A DNA stretch of 64,000 bases from positions 20,977,947 through 21,041,946 of the forward strand of contig NC_069005.1 of the NCBI RefSeq assembly GCF_001194135.2. The letters are read 5' to 3'. The number at the start of each line of letters is the position of its first letter. The stretch's first letter is position 1. The translations under genes were made by a program, and so were the position numbers. This document shows, piece after piece, positions 25,111-38,094 of this stretch. The stretch comes from Octopus bimaculoides. Its lineage: Eukaryota. Under the pieces are notes generated by a model that saw nothing but the letters and a program-made list of their open reading frames with translations, ran no database searches and had not been told where the DNA came from.

Positions 25111-25497
25111 TATCACCAGGACATTTTTGAACTTACATTTGTTAGACTGACATCAAACTCTTCAAGTTTTACCTCTCATCTACTTCACACTAGACACTAC
25201 CTTAACCACTAGATACTAGCTCAACACTTTAGCATTTATTCTGACCACATCTGACCTAGATATTTGCTCATTGTTAGGTTAACCCATTAGTATTCAGATT
25301 ATTTGTTCACATTGTTTTGAATTAATTAGGCATTATCTCATAGCTTTGAGAGTTCAATAGTGCGATTGTTGCATTTTTGGAATGACATTGTAAGGTAGGT
25401 GAGAGAGATCAGATCTGGTTGGTTTTAACATAAAACAGATAAGATATTTGAGCTGGATATGGTTTGTTTAAATGACAGAGGTTCATAATATACTTAC

Positions 25498-25621
25498 CGA
25501 ATCCACTCCAAAAGTCTTGACAATCTGTTATAATCAAATCGTAGCCCTCATCTTTAATTGTAGTGAAGAGGTAGAATTCTCTGTTATTGGCTATTACCTT
25601 AATAAATGTCATATCTTCCAT
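25498..25621 (-). CDS. XRCC4: XRCC4 coding exon 1 (head domain N-terminus)
   Basis: Acceptor tctcttctag|aATG and donor G|GTAAGT. Encodes MEDMTFIKVIANNREFYLFTTIKDEGYDLIITDCQDFWSGF, resembling human XRCC4 GFVITLTDGHSAWTG, and ends in phase 1 after WxGx. Confidence 0.9.
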
Positions 25622-28600
25622 TCTAGAAGAGACAATTAAAGAGAAGATTTAGTTGCTTTGATTATCAATTTTTCGCATCAATGATAACGGCATATCAGTA
25701 CATTATATAGATGTTACTAGAATAGTAGTGCCATACCAGCATGCCAAACCTAGCATACGAATTGTAGGATTATATTAATATGTCACATCAATGGTAGTAT
25801 GACTGGTATATCTAGAGTATAACTAGTATATAAAAGCTATATGTAATATTCAATATAATATATAGTGCTGTGTACCATAATGTAAAGTATGTTTCTAGCA
25901 ATATAATATATAGTATAACTGGCATATCTAGTGTGTGTGTATGTGTGTGTACATACCTACACTTATCACACACATGTATAATGTATGTATATATGATATG
26001 TTTAGTAGACAGTATGATTAGTACATACACATGTATATGTTCAAGTTAATATCGAACAGTGGAGGAGAAACTCATTTCCCAGTTGTAAATATACATACAT
26101 CATCATCATCAACATTTAATGTCCATTTCCCATGCTGGCAAGGGTTAGACAGCTTGACAGGAACTAGTAAGGCCAGGGTCACACTAGCTTTGGTTAGGTT
26201 TCTACAGCTGGATGTCCTTCCTAACTCTAGCCACTCCACTGAATGTACTGGAAGCTTTTTACATGGCACTGTTACCAGTGCTTTTACATAACACTATCAC
26301 CAGTGATTTTTATGTGGTACCAGCACCCACACCAAAGATTTTTACATGGCATCTTGGTCTTAGGATCTCTGCAGATAATATACAGTATGTAATATATAGT
26401 ATAACTGGTATACATAGTTCAGTTTTGATCAAATTGACTTATTATTAAAGAGTGTTTCAGCCATGATCATTTTGGAGTACAAGGTGTATAGGACTATGTT
26501 GTGGTTAAAACTCAGTTTGGAATGTATAGAATAAATTATGCAAAAAGTTGTCTACAAAATGAAATTCACCTGAAAGAAAAGGGGAATTAATTTTGAGAAA
26601 AATTAATTAAAAAGCAATTATTTATTATCTTGCTTAAGAAGAAAATCTGATTCTTTTAGTAAGCAAGATGGCAGTTATAGATATGTTCCTATCTTATTTA
26701 GTAATATTACTGCTAAATGAGTTAAGGTGTCCAACAGAATAAAGTACTCTGATATTGGTTTCAAATCTTGACATGAGGCCAGTAGTTTTGGGGCAGGGAT
26801 CGAGTTGATTAAATCAACCCCAGCATTCAACTGGTACTTATTTTATTGACACCAAAAGGGTGAAAAGCAAAGTCAACCTTAACAGAATTTGAACTCAGAA
26901 CATAGGCACAGATGAAATGCCACTAAGCATCTTGCCTAGTGTGCTAATGATTCTGCCAGTTCACTGCCTTATAAAGTACTATAATATTGGAAAAACAACA
27001 AAGGACTCTCCTCACAGTCACTCCACATGCTAAAAACAGCAGCTAAATCTCCATCATATCAGACCATTGTGTTTTAAAAAGGAAACAAATATGGCCACAT
27101 GTTGGAGCTCCTTTGATCATTGGCCTGTTCAAAGAAGGCAGACAAGTGCTCTGGGTTCATGGCACATTATATTTTGGCTGAGGAAATTCCTGGAATCTCA
27201 GGAAATGCTTGTATATATTGAAAACACACATCTACATTTTGTGAAAGAAGCAATCCCCAAGAGAAACTTGGTACCACCTGGTAAAATTTCCACTCAGAAG
27301 CCATGTCTGGGGCTAACCAACAACAATAACTACGAAATTTTATCTAATTTATGATTGCATTTGTCTAAGTTTTTTGTAATTCTAGAAAGGAAGGAAATGG
27401 AAATTGTGAGACTGTGAAATTCATGGCCTTTGACCAAGGATGTTAGTGATGAGTGTGCAACGAAATGGGAGCAGCTAGTTCTTTATAGACCTTTATAAAG
27501 TTAGTTGAAGTGGAGAGGAGTGGTGAGCATAACTTTTCCAAGATCCTCCTCCCCAGAGGTTGATGTTTAGCTCTATATTAGCCATGACTATATAAAACTA
27601 TGATCAAAGCCATTCCCTATGTCCTGTAAGCCCAGAACCATATTATCAAACATGTTCCTTTTTAAGATGGTGCGATTTTGAGGTAGATTTAACTGCTTTT
27701 TTTTTTTAGTAAGTAGGGTGGTGGTGCATTCATGAGGGGTTACCAATTTAGGGATAAAGGATTGGGTATTTAGTGCAAGATCAGGTGCTGCTCACTTGAT
27801 CTGGTAGAAATAGCAGCTAAAGCTTTTCTTTTAAATTATTCTCTAACATTTTAAAAATTGCAAAGGATGCTGTAAATAGTATAATCCAAGATAGCTTTTG
27901 ATCATAAGCCTGCTGGACCAGGGCTGACATGGAACTAAACTGTAACAAGTGCAATAAAAACTGTACTTGCTGTGGTTTAGTCCCAAATCAGCCCTAATCG
28001 AAGGTTTCTGATTCTGGAGTTTAGGAGGGAGTTACAAATGTATTGTCACATAAATGTCACATGTAAACACAATTATATTTACTTACCTTTCGTTGTATTG
28101 GAGGAGCAGATTCAATATTTCATTTAAAAGTAAAAATCATATGTTTGTTATTTATATTTCACATTGAACTTCCAAAATCTTCAGTCCTGATTAAAAATAA
28201 ATAAATAAATAAATAAAAAATGTCCCCGTAACTTAGCGGTTCAGCAAAAGAGACTTATAGAATAAGTACTAGGCTTACAAAGAATAAGCCCTAGGGTCGA
28301 TTTGCTCGACTAAAAGGCGGTGCTCCAGCATGGCCACAGTCAAATGACTGAAACAAATAAAAGAGTAAAAGAGTAAATCCTTTTTAACAAATAATTACAA
28401 AATAGTTTGATTGTGAGATGTGGGCACTGAATATAGAGGATGGCCTATAGGCTGTGCACCAGTAAATGTTTCGACTGAGGTACATTTACGGCCTTATGGC
28501 TTAACTAAAAATAAATGGAGCTACACAAACTTCTGGCTTTGTGCTACAGTAAAGTCATCTTGCCTTACATCCTCCTGCAGTTGATAAAATTAGTGTAACT

Positions 28601-29199
28601 AGCTATATTCAACTACTAGAATTTGTAGTCTGGTGTCTGTGTCAGAAATCAATGTAACTCTCATTGACAGCTCTGTACAAATATGAAACTTTCAAAGATT
28701 TGCCGAAAGTTATAAAAAAGTACATAAGTTATTTTATTAAATCATATCTTATAAAATATATCTGTTTTACAATATAAAATATAAAGAAAAAAGTGTAAAA
28801 GTTGGAGAGAAACGAAGTGAGTATGATCTGCTGGATGTAAAATGTTAATGTGCATGAAGATAAGGCTTAGATAAGCAGTAAGAGGAACTGGGTTTGAGAG
28901 GAATAAACTTTAGTATGCAGGAAGGACAGCTGCACTGATATGGACATATAATAGATATAGAAGATGACAGATCAGTCAAGAAGTGACAGGAGGGCAGATG
29001 GATATAATGTAAGAGGAAGATTAAGGAAAATATGAGCTGAGGTGGTGAAGGTTGATCTCATGATCTCAGGAAGCTGAACCCCACACAAGAGATGACAAAG
29101 GAATGTAACAAGTGGTGGGAAGCTGTTTTTGGAGAGGACCCATCTAAATCATGCTAGTATAGAAAAAAAATGATGATATATGTACATATATAATCCTCT

Positions 29200-29360
29200 C
29201 TATGTATGTATGTATGTATGTATGTGTGTATGTATGTATGTATGTATGTATGTATGTATGTATGTATGTATATATGTATGTATGTATCTATCTATCTATA
29301 TATATCCACACACACATACATATATGTATATACTTATACATACATATGCATACACACACA
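29200..29360 (+). repeat. (TATG)n compound microsatellite
   Basis: Read directly from the sequence. Confidence 0.95.
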
Positions 29361-30289
29361 TCTTTTACTTGTTGCAGTCATTAGACTGTGGCTATGCTGG
29401 AGCGCCACCTTTAAGAAATTTTAGTTAAATGAATCAAACCCAGTACCTTTTTTTTTTAAGCCTGATAATTATTCTATTGATCTCTTTTTCTGAACTGGTA
29501 AGTTACAGGGACATGCCAACACCGATTGTCAAGCAGTGGTGGGGAACAAACACACACACACACACATGATGGAGTTCTTTCAGTTTCTGCCTACCAAATC
29601 CAAGGCTTTGATCAGTGCAGGGACGGTTCTGAATGTGGTGAAGTATAAACAATAACACAGATGGATTGAGTTTTACTACCGTGGTTTCAGATGTATTTTT
29701 TATTGGTGAACAAATCAATCACATAATATATATCATCATTTTAACATCAATTTTTCCATGCTTGCATGAGTTGGGTAGAATTTTTTGAGGCAGATTTTCT
29801 ACAGCAGGATACCCTTCCTGTCACTAACACTCACTTGTTTCCAAGCAAGGTAAAATTTCTCCATGGCCAGACTGGAAATGAAAAACACCACATGCATGAC
29901 AGTGATGCTAGTTTATGATCATCACTTAATGCCAAGGTAAGGAGAGTAACACACACATGCACACATATACAAATACACTCACATGAACCGCTTCTTTCAG
30001 TTTTTCTCTATCAATTTCACTTACAAGACTTTGGTTGGCCCAAGGCTATAATAGAAGATATTTGCCCAAAGTGCCACGCAGTGGGACTGAACCCAAAACC
30101 ATGTGGTTGGGAAACAAACTTCTTATCACATAGCTATGCCTGCACCAGGTATGTCCAACCCATGTCAACATGGGACATAGATATCAAATGATTATGATGA
30201 GGGTGATTCAGGCATATCCTTTACAACCATATTGCCCCCACCGACTCAGTCTCTCTGCTGAGATGTCCTTTTCTTGTGGGCTTGCAGGT

Positions 30290-30660
30290 CCTGGTACCAT
30301 ATAAAAAGCATAAAAGTCACCTGTGCTGGTGCCATGTAAGAAAGCACCTCTGCCAGTGCCATGTAAAAGAAGGGCCTGTACTGGTGCCACACAAAAAACA
30401 CCTGTGCTGGTGCCAAGTATAATAGTGCCCATACTGGTGCCATGTAAAAAGCACCTGTGCTGCTGCCATATAAGAAAGTACCCATTCTGGTACCGTGTAA
30501 AAAAGTGTCTGTGCTGGTGCCACATATAATAGCACCTGTGCCAGTGCCACACAAAGAGCACCCACACTGGTGCCATGTGAAAGGCATCTGTGTCAGAGCC
30601 ATGTATAAAGCATAAAGCACTTGTGCCAGTGTCACACGAACACCACCAAATACACTCCGC
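30290..30660 (+). repeat. Minisatellite (~24-28 bp, GTGCTGGTGCCATGTAAAAAGCACCT) expanded within an RTE 3' UTR copy
   Basis: Roughly a dozen degenerate units precede the standard GGAAGGG.ATC..GCC.TAGAAAC tail. Confidence 0.85.
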
Positions 30661-31421
30661 AAAGTGGTTGGTGCTAGGAAGGGTATCTAGCCATAGAAAC
30701 CATGCCAACTGGAAACTCAGAAGCTCTCTGGCTGACCAGCCATCCAACCCATGACAGCATGGAAAACAAACACTCAATGATGATGGCGATGATACATCAT
30801 CTTTTCTCATCCATCTTCCATGCCAATGGTCTAAACGTTGTATTGCGTTCCATTGTCTACTTTGCACGGATTCTATGGCTGGATGCCCTTCAAAATACCA
30901 ACCACTTTATGGAGAGTATTGGCACCAGCATATTTGAAGTTGATATACAGCTTAAACACTAAAATCCCCAAATCTCCTTCAACTGAGTGGGGTTGTAGTA
31001 GAGAGATAGAGGTGGTTTTATGCTAGGAGATGAGAGGTTAAAGTACAAGAGAGCAGAACAAGGTTTTTTGCTGCAAAGGAGCCACATGGCAATGCATATT
31101 ATTGAAGAGAGAACAAGAGTAACTCGGGTGGGTCTGGAAAGAGAGATAAAATACTGGTGATAAGTTATCAGTGTGGAAATAGCTGTTTGTACCTATTTAT
31201 TCAAACATGCATGCATCATGCTCACACACAACCACAGTCATACATAGTTTTTTTTATTTACTAACACCTACTGACATATGCATATGTCTATACATCTAAG
31301 CATACATATCTATGCGTACATGAAAAGTAGTGTAAGTTCAAAAACATGCCCACATATACACAGTTCATCTCTAATCTTCATTCAAGACACACATACATGC
31401 ACCCCAGCTCAAGAAGAGAGG

Positions 31422-31424
<3 letters not shown>

Positions 31425-31512
<88 letters not shown>
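31425..31512 (+). repeat. (GA)n microsatellite
   Basis: Perfect dinucleotide run. Confidence 0.97.
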
Positions 31513-31516
<4 letters not shown>

Positions 31517-33206
31517 ATGAGTGAAGGATGGAATGTAAAGGTAATGCAAAATCCCAGCTTTGTAACATTGATCCTGGGTGGACTCCAAGGTAATGAGGTG
31601 AATGAGGAGCAAAGAACAGGGATAGTGGGAGAGTAGAAATTGCAAGGGAGTATAGAGAAGGTGGGGGATGGATAGAGATGAGAAATGAGTGTTAGGGTAA
31701 ATATAATGAACAGGGTTCGATAAAGACCCACAGAGGCCCTAAGCACTTAAAAGACTTTGGTGCCCTCCATAGGTATGTAATTCAAAATATAAACGATAAT
31801 AAACCATAAAATAAATTTTCATTTTTCAAAATGAATCGAAACAGTTATTAATGTTATTGATGGAAAATAATGTTTATTTCTGTATACTTCCAATTTATTT
31901 TATATTTGAAAAGTTTTCTACTTTTTTAATTACTCTTTACTCTTTTACTTGTTTTAGTCATTTGACTGTGGCCNNNNNNNNNNNNNNNNNNNNNNNNNNN
32001 NNNNNNNNNNNNNNNNNNNNNNNNNNNNNNNNNNNNNNNNNNNNNNNNNNNNNNNNNNNNNNNNNNNNNNNNNNNNNNNNNNNNNNNNNNNNNNNNNNNN
32101 NNNNNNNNNNNNNNNNNNNNNNNNNCTTATTCTTTGGAAGCCTAGTACTTACTCTATCGGTCGCTTTTGCCGAACCACTAAGTTACGGGGACGTAAACAC
32201 ACCAGCATTGGTTGTCAAGCGATGTTGGTGGGGGACAAACACAGACACACAAACGTATACACACACACATACATATATACAATGGGCTTTTTTCAGTTTC
32301 CGTCTACCAAGTCCACTCACAAGGCTTTGGTCGGCCCGAGACTATAGTAGAAGACACTTGCCCAAGGTGCCACGCAGTGGGACTGAACCCAGAACCATGT
32401 GGTTCATAAGCAAGCTACTTACCACGCAGCTACTCCTACGCCTATTGCCAAATCTTTAATCAGACCCTTACTGTGACACCATGAATACTTTCCAAATTAT
32501 ATTTCCGAGCATAAAAAAACTACTTTGAATACCATCTTAGCAAGTTTAAAGTGATTTCCCTTTGTTGGTTGTAAACCATTTACCATTTGTGTGGTGCCCC
32601 ACCTCTTCCCTTGATGCTCTAAGCATTTGCTTATTTTACATAATGGTTAACCCAGTGTTGATAACGAATGAAGAATAAATGTGAAGCCATGACAAATAGG
32701 AAGTAAAGTTGGGAAGTGTAGGTCATGACTGGAGAGATTGGTTAGTGTTGAGGGATGGATGAAGTGGTAGATAGGAGGTGGGTTGATCAAAGATACATGA
32801 GTTACAGGGAGGTAGGGGAGAGCAAGTGATGACTGACAGTGCAAAAAAAAGGATGAAGGGCAGCAAAGTATTAATGAAGCTACAGTAGACAGAAGGCTGA
32901 GAAAAAGGGAGATAATGTGCGGTTGGATAGGTTGCAAGAGTGTGAGGGGAGAGGTAGGTTCAGTACATGGATGGGGGAGTGAAAAGTACATGGTGGTAAA
33001 GGAGGGGAGATAATTTGGTGACCAATGTAAAATGTGGATACAGAAGGATGGATATCAAGTGAAATGGTTCTGAATGAGAAAGATAAGTTAGGCAGGTGAT
33101 AGAGGTTTTCAGTGATAGAGAAATGATGGGTGATGGTGATAGTTTGAAGAAGGGTGTAAGGGGCTCAGATGTGTGTGTGTGTGTGTGTGTGTCTGTGAAC
33201 ATTATA

Positions 33207-33241
<35 letters not shown>

Positions 33242-34226
33242 CAACTTTAAATAGAGCTCAAAACTGATCCATTGAAAATACTTTATAATAATAATAATAA
33301 TAATAATAATGAAATTGACCTTATGTACTCAACTGTGAGTATTTTGCTAAGATTGTTAACAGATACTATATTCTTTTGCCAAATTTTTTTATGTAAAAAA
33401 TATATTTAAACACACACACATACACATATATAAAAGAAAAGAGAGATGGCAACGGAATAAATGGTTATCTTATTCCTGTCATATTACTTTTTCTTATTAC
33501 CACTCTATACTCGTCTAACACTTTGTTCTGAAACATTCGTATATTGAGTTCTACACCAGATTATTGACCTTGCAAAGCCAAACCAAATTGTGTGTGTATA
33601 TATATTCACACACACACATAACCACCCTTCCTAATGTCAACCATTTCACATGCAAAAACACACACAAAAAGAAAAAAGAATTGGTAGGATTTGTGTCAGT
33701 TTGTGTGTGTGCTCACCATTTTTCTTTTTGCATCAAATTCCAATATAATCGTAATTTATACACTCTGAAATATATTTGTAGAGATTTTTTATTTAAAAAT
33801 ATCCAATTGCATTTCATCATGTAGCTCTATTTTATATTTTCTAATAGTCATGTTTGAGTTTCCTTCATGTTACATGTCTTGCCAGTGTTCTTCCAACATG
33901 CTTGCCATATGTATACACTAATGCATGTACACTATAAGAATATGATACAATATCAAATCAATGTAAGACATCGTATATATATCTCATCATCATCATTTAA
34001 CATCCGCTATCCGTGCTGGCATGGGTTGGACAGTCTGACTGGGGTTGGTAAGCTGCACCAAACTCCAGTCTGATTTGGCATGGTTTTCTATGGCTGGATA
34101 CCCTATATATATATATAAGGTTAATCAAAAGCGCTCACACACACTAGGAAAAAACTTTTTCCAAAAAGGTTAGTAACATCCTGATAAAAGATTTTATAAC
34201 TTAAAAAATTTCTTTTTTTAAATACC

Positions 34227-34260
<34 letters not shown>

Positions 34261-34379
34261 CATGTTTGCACTACTGTGTANNNNNNNNNNNNNNNNNNNN
34301 NNNNNNNNNNNNNNNNNNNNNNNNNNNNNNNNNNNNNNNNNNNNNNNNNNNNNNNNNNNNNNNNNNNNNNNNNNNNNNN

Positions 34380-34414
<35 letters not shown>

Positions 34415-35716
34415 TTTAACACTATTGACACCAACTCGGCTGAAACCGCCTCTGGCTCTGTAGTACAAATGTCTTGTTTTCATGAGTTTTGAATTAAAAT
34501 CTTCCACCAAACCTTAGTCACAATTTATGTTCCTAACACTAGCTTAATGATAACTATTTTACTAAATTCTTTGTTATATTTAAAATTAATTGAAAGAAAC
34601 ACAGAGCATCTCAAAATACATACGGTAATGTATTGTGTACAGGAAATGTTCTGCATATGCAAATAAAGCTTCTATTCTATAATGCTGGCCACAATCTAAT
34701 GATGTTGACAGGTGAACCAGTATTTTAGGGTTGCATCAAGCTGTACCGATATAATGTAGGATGAATATAGTAATAATAACATTTGACTGTAGCCATGCTG
34801 GGGCATTAAAATATTTATAAATTCCATCCAAGGATTATTGTTATTATTACTATATTTATCCTACATTATATCAGTACTGCTTGATGCAGCCCCAAGAAAC
34901 TGGTTCACTTATCAGCATAATAGAACAGGAGCTTTATTTGCACATTCAGAACACCACCTTGAAATTTTAGTCAAATGTATCAACGCCAGTACTTATTTTC
35001 TTAAAGAGCCTGTTACTGACTCTACCAGTCTCTTTTGCTGAACTGCTAAGTTACTGTACTGGAAACCCACCAACGCTGGTTGTCACGCAGTGATGGAGGA
35101 CAAACACAGACACACACACAGATACATACATACATTATATATACACGATGGTCTTCTTTCAGCTTCTTATTTCTTTACTGCCCACAAGGGGCTAAACATA
35201 GAGGGGGCAAACAAGGACAGACAAAGGGATTAAGTCGATTTCATCAACCCCCAGTGCGTAACTGGTACTTAATTTATCGACCCCGAAGAATGAAAGGCAA
35301 AGTCGACCTCGGCAGAATTTGAACTCAGAACATAACGGCAGACGAAATACTGCTAATTATTTCGCCCAGCATGCTAACGTTTCTGCTAGCTTGCCGCTTC
35401 TTTCAGTTTCTGTCTACCAAATCTACTCACAAGGCTTTGTTCAGCCAGAGGCTATAGTAGAAAACACTTACCCAAGGTGCCATGCAGTGGCACAGAACCC
35501 TGTACCATGTGGTTGGGAAGCAAGGTTCTGACTACACATGCGCCTATATATGTATTTATGTGTGTGTGTGTATATGTGTTTCCAGAATCTGATTTGTCAA
35601 GATGGGCAGGTTTTCTGAAATGCCATATATTGCCAGTCATCCTGTTCCTTTGGTCATTTACTCAGTGAGGTCCTGAGATCTACTTTCACTACTTGGTTCC
35701 ATCTCTATTTGGGTCA

Positions 35717-36092
35717 GTGTGGTATGTAGCTTGCTTACCAACCACATGGTTCTGGGTTCAGTCCCACTGTGTGGCACTTTGGGCAAGTGTCTTCTACTAT
35801 AGCCTCGGGCTGACCAAAGCCTTGTGAGTGGATTTGGTAGACGGAAACTGAAAGAAGCCCGTCGTATATATGTATATATATATATGTGTGTGTGTGTGTT
35901 TGTATTTGTCCCCCCAACATCGCTTGACAACCGATGCTGGTGTGTTTACGTCCCCGTAACTTAGCGGTTCGGCAAAAGAGACTGATAGAATAAGTACTGA
36001 GCTTACAAAGAATAAGTCTTGGTGTCGATTTGCTCGACTAAAGGTGGTGCTCCAGCATGGCTGCAGTCAAATGACTGAAACAAGTAAAAGAG
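35717..36092 (+). mobile_element. tRNA-derived SINE family A, near full length
   Basis: A/B-box-like head (GTGTGGTA...GGTTCAGTCCC), internal (TA/TG)n and 3' end GCAGTCAAATGACTGAAACAAGTAAAAGAG. Other copies at about 700-1145, 11913-12302, 28220-28375, 29364-29630, 31938-32442, 42853-43240, 48265-48665, 48860-49220 and 61172-61558. Confidence 0.9.
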
Positions 36093-36094
36093 TT

Positions 36095-36390
36095 GTCTTC
36101 ATCCATATGCTTCACATGTTTATTTGCACATTTCTTCGTTGTTCAATCATACACTACACATCCAACAGAGAACGCTAGCTTCATTTCTTTCTAGTCTTCT
36201 CAAATCTTCAGCATCCAAAGCTCATATCTCACTACCATGCATCACTGCAATTCAAGGAAAAACATCATACAATCTGCTTTTCAAACTGAAGGGAAAAAGT
36301 CGTTGTTGCTAACAGTGGTAGCAGCTCCATGAACTTTCTCCAATCTGTTCTTACTCTGGCTACTATACTATCAAAGAAATCGCCTTTCCT
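36095..36390 (-). mobile_element. RTE LINE ORF fragment
   Basis: SIVARVRTDWRKFMELLPLL...VMHGSE..ALDAEDLRRLERNEASVLCWMC. Confidence 0.8.
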
Positions 36391-36699
36391 AGCCAACAAA
36401 AGCTATTGACCAAGCAGTCCTAAGATCAAAAGTATTTGAACCGTGACCATCCTGTACTTCTTAGGATGGCAGGGTATGATTTGAGTGCGATTTGGCTACT
36501 ATTTTTAGTAAAGTCAAAAGTCAAGTGACTGTAGAGTGTCGCCTCATTTAGTGTTCGAAAAAGATTTAGCTGATACTTCTAACAAGTAGAGTGACTGGAT
36601 GAGTTTTTTCAGTGAGATTTGGCCGCTAACTTTGTCTGGTCCAGAGACAGTGCAATGGATCATTCGTTAGATATTTGAGTGTGATTTAGCTACTATCTT

Positions 36700-37930
36700 T
36701 TTTTGCCAGTGTCCTCTTCTTAAATTCAGGAGAGCTATAATAAAACACAAACCATAGTTTCGCATGAGCAGTAGTTGAATATGGCGACACCAATCTAGAC
36801 ATTGTTTCGTATCAACAATATCTAACATGGCGACAGCCAGTTTTTCAAAGAATAAGTCTTCGCAACGATCCAGAGTCTTACAAATACCGGGAACGAAACC
36901 GTCACTATTCAACCACCAACTTCTAGTGTCCTCCGGAGTACCATCGTTCGATAACCTCTTGGGTAAGTACATTCGATATTAACACAATATTTCATTATCG
37001 GAACATTATTGAACTATCGTTTTCAAGTGTACAACCACAACTGTTGTTATCATTAACATCAGTTTCACATAATAACAATAGTAATAATAATAATAATCCT
37101 TTCTACAATAGGTACAAGGCCTGAAATTTTATGAGAGGGGGCTAGTCGATTACATCAGACCTAGTGCTCATCTGGTACACCGGGCAGGCATTTTCTAATA
37201 CTTATTTCATCGACTTGGAAAGGTGGAAGGCTAAGTCAACCTCGGCGGAATTTGAACTCAGAACGTAAAGCCAGAAAAAAATGCCCTCAAACATTTTGTC
37301 TGGCGTGTTAACGATTCTGTCAGCTCACCGCAAAACATTGACACAAGGCCTTTTATTTCATTATTCGAGGAGAGAGCTTTTCAGTAATCAGTTCGTGATT
37401 GCTATCGATCTGCCGGTTAGAAGAAAGGTAAAGTTGATCTAATTTTTAATTTTAAACTTCGGCAGCATGTTTAGACATAGAACAAATGTAAAGGAATAAC
37501 ACTGCTTGTGGTAATAATTACATGGATGAGAAAACTCAACAACGATAATTTTTTTTTTTTTTTTTTACCAAAACAAAATATTAGCAATGAGTGATATACA
37601 ACCTTACCGCTCTGATTCGGGGTTGATTCACACTTGATCGACAAGAAGTACCATTAATATATTGAAAAAGAGTTAGTAAACTGCAACTTGTTTCTACGTC
37701 TGTTGACTATTATCATCCTTACTAGCAGTAATATAGTTAAGAGAGAGAGAGCGATGTTGTAGAAACGGTAACACGCCGGACACAGCTGCGTCGTCTGACG
37801 TTTTCAAGAAATGTGCCGCGTATATTCTGTAGTTATGCCGCGCGTATTTTAAAGCGGGTCAGAAAACGCCAAAATATTGAGAAAACCAGTGCATGTGGGC
37901 TCCTTTGTAAAGTCAAATGCGTGCTACGAT
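36700..37930. promoter_or_regulatory. Putative shared/bidirectional promoter region of XRCC4 and ELP4
   Basis: CpG-retaining, largely non-repeat sequence. Two ATGGCG (YY1-like) motifs at 36781 and 36827, and a CpG-dense patch at 37750-37930. Confidence 0.4.
36827..36962 (+). CDS. ELP4: Elongator complex protein 4, first coding exon
   Basis: aacATGGCG start and donor G|GTAAGT in phase 1. MATASFSKNKSSQRSRVLQIPGTKPSLFNHQLLVSSGVPSFDNLLG matches human [28 protein letters not shown]. Too short to appear in the ORF track. Confidence 0.9.
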
Positions 37931-37974
37931 TTCTGTTTTAAAACAATTTTAATGTACTTTTTTTTTTATTTATA

Positions 37975-38094
37975 CAGTAGAAACTGCTTATTATGATCAG
38001 TTTGAGACGAAGCCTTTTATACTATAGTATTCGGGTGATAACATTAATTATACTGAACATGTTTGGGACCTGCTAATTTTAATGTTAACTGTAT
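37975..38094. mobile_element. Tigger/pogo-like MITE end, truncated by a gap
   Basis: TA-CAGTAGAAACTGCTTATTATGATCA terminus. Confidence 0.5.

Noticed and set aside
30290-30660. Repeat array superficially like CRISPR
   Set aside because: Eukaryotic context, degenerate units with no unique spacers, and it is part of the RTE 3' UTR.
36667-36972. 101-aa minus-strand ORF
   Set aside because: It is the antisense shadow of ELP4 exon 1 and has no recognisable similarity.
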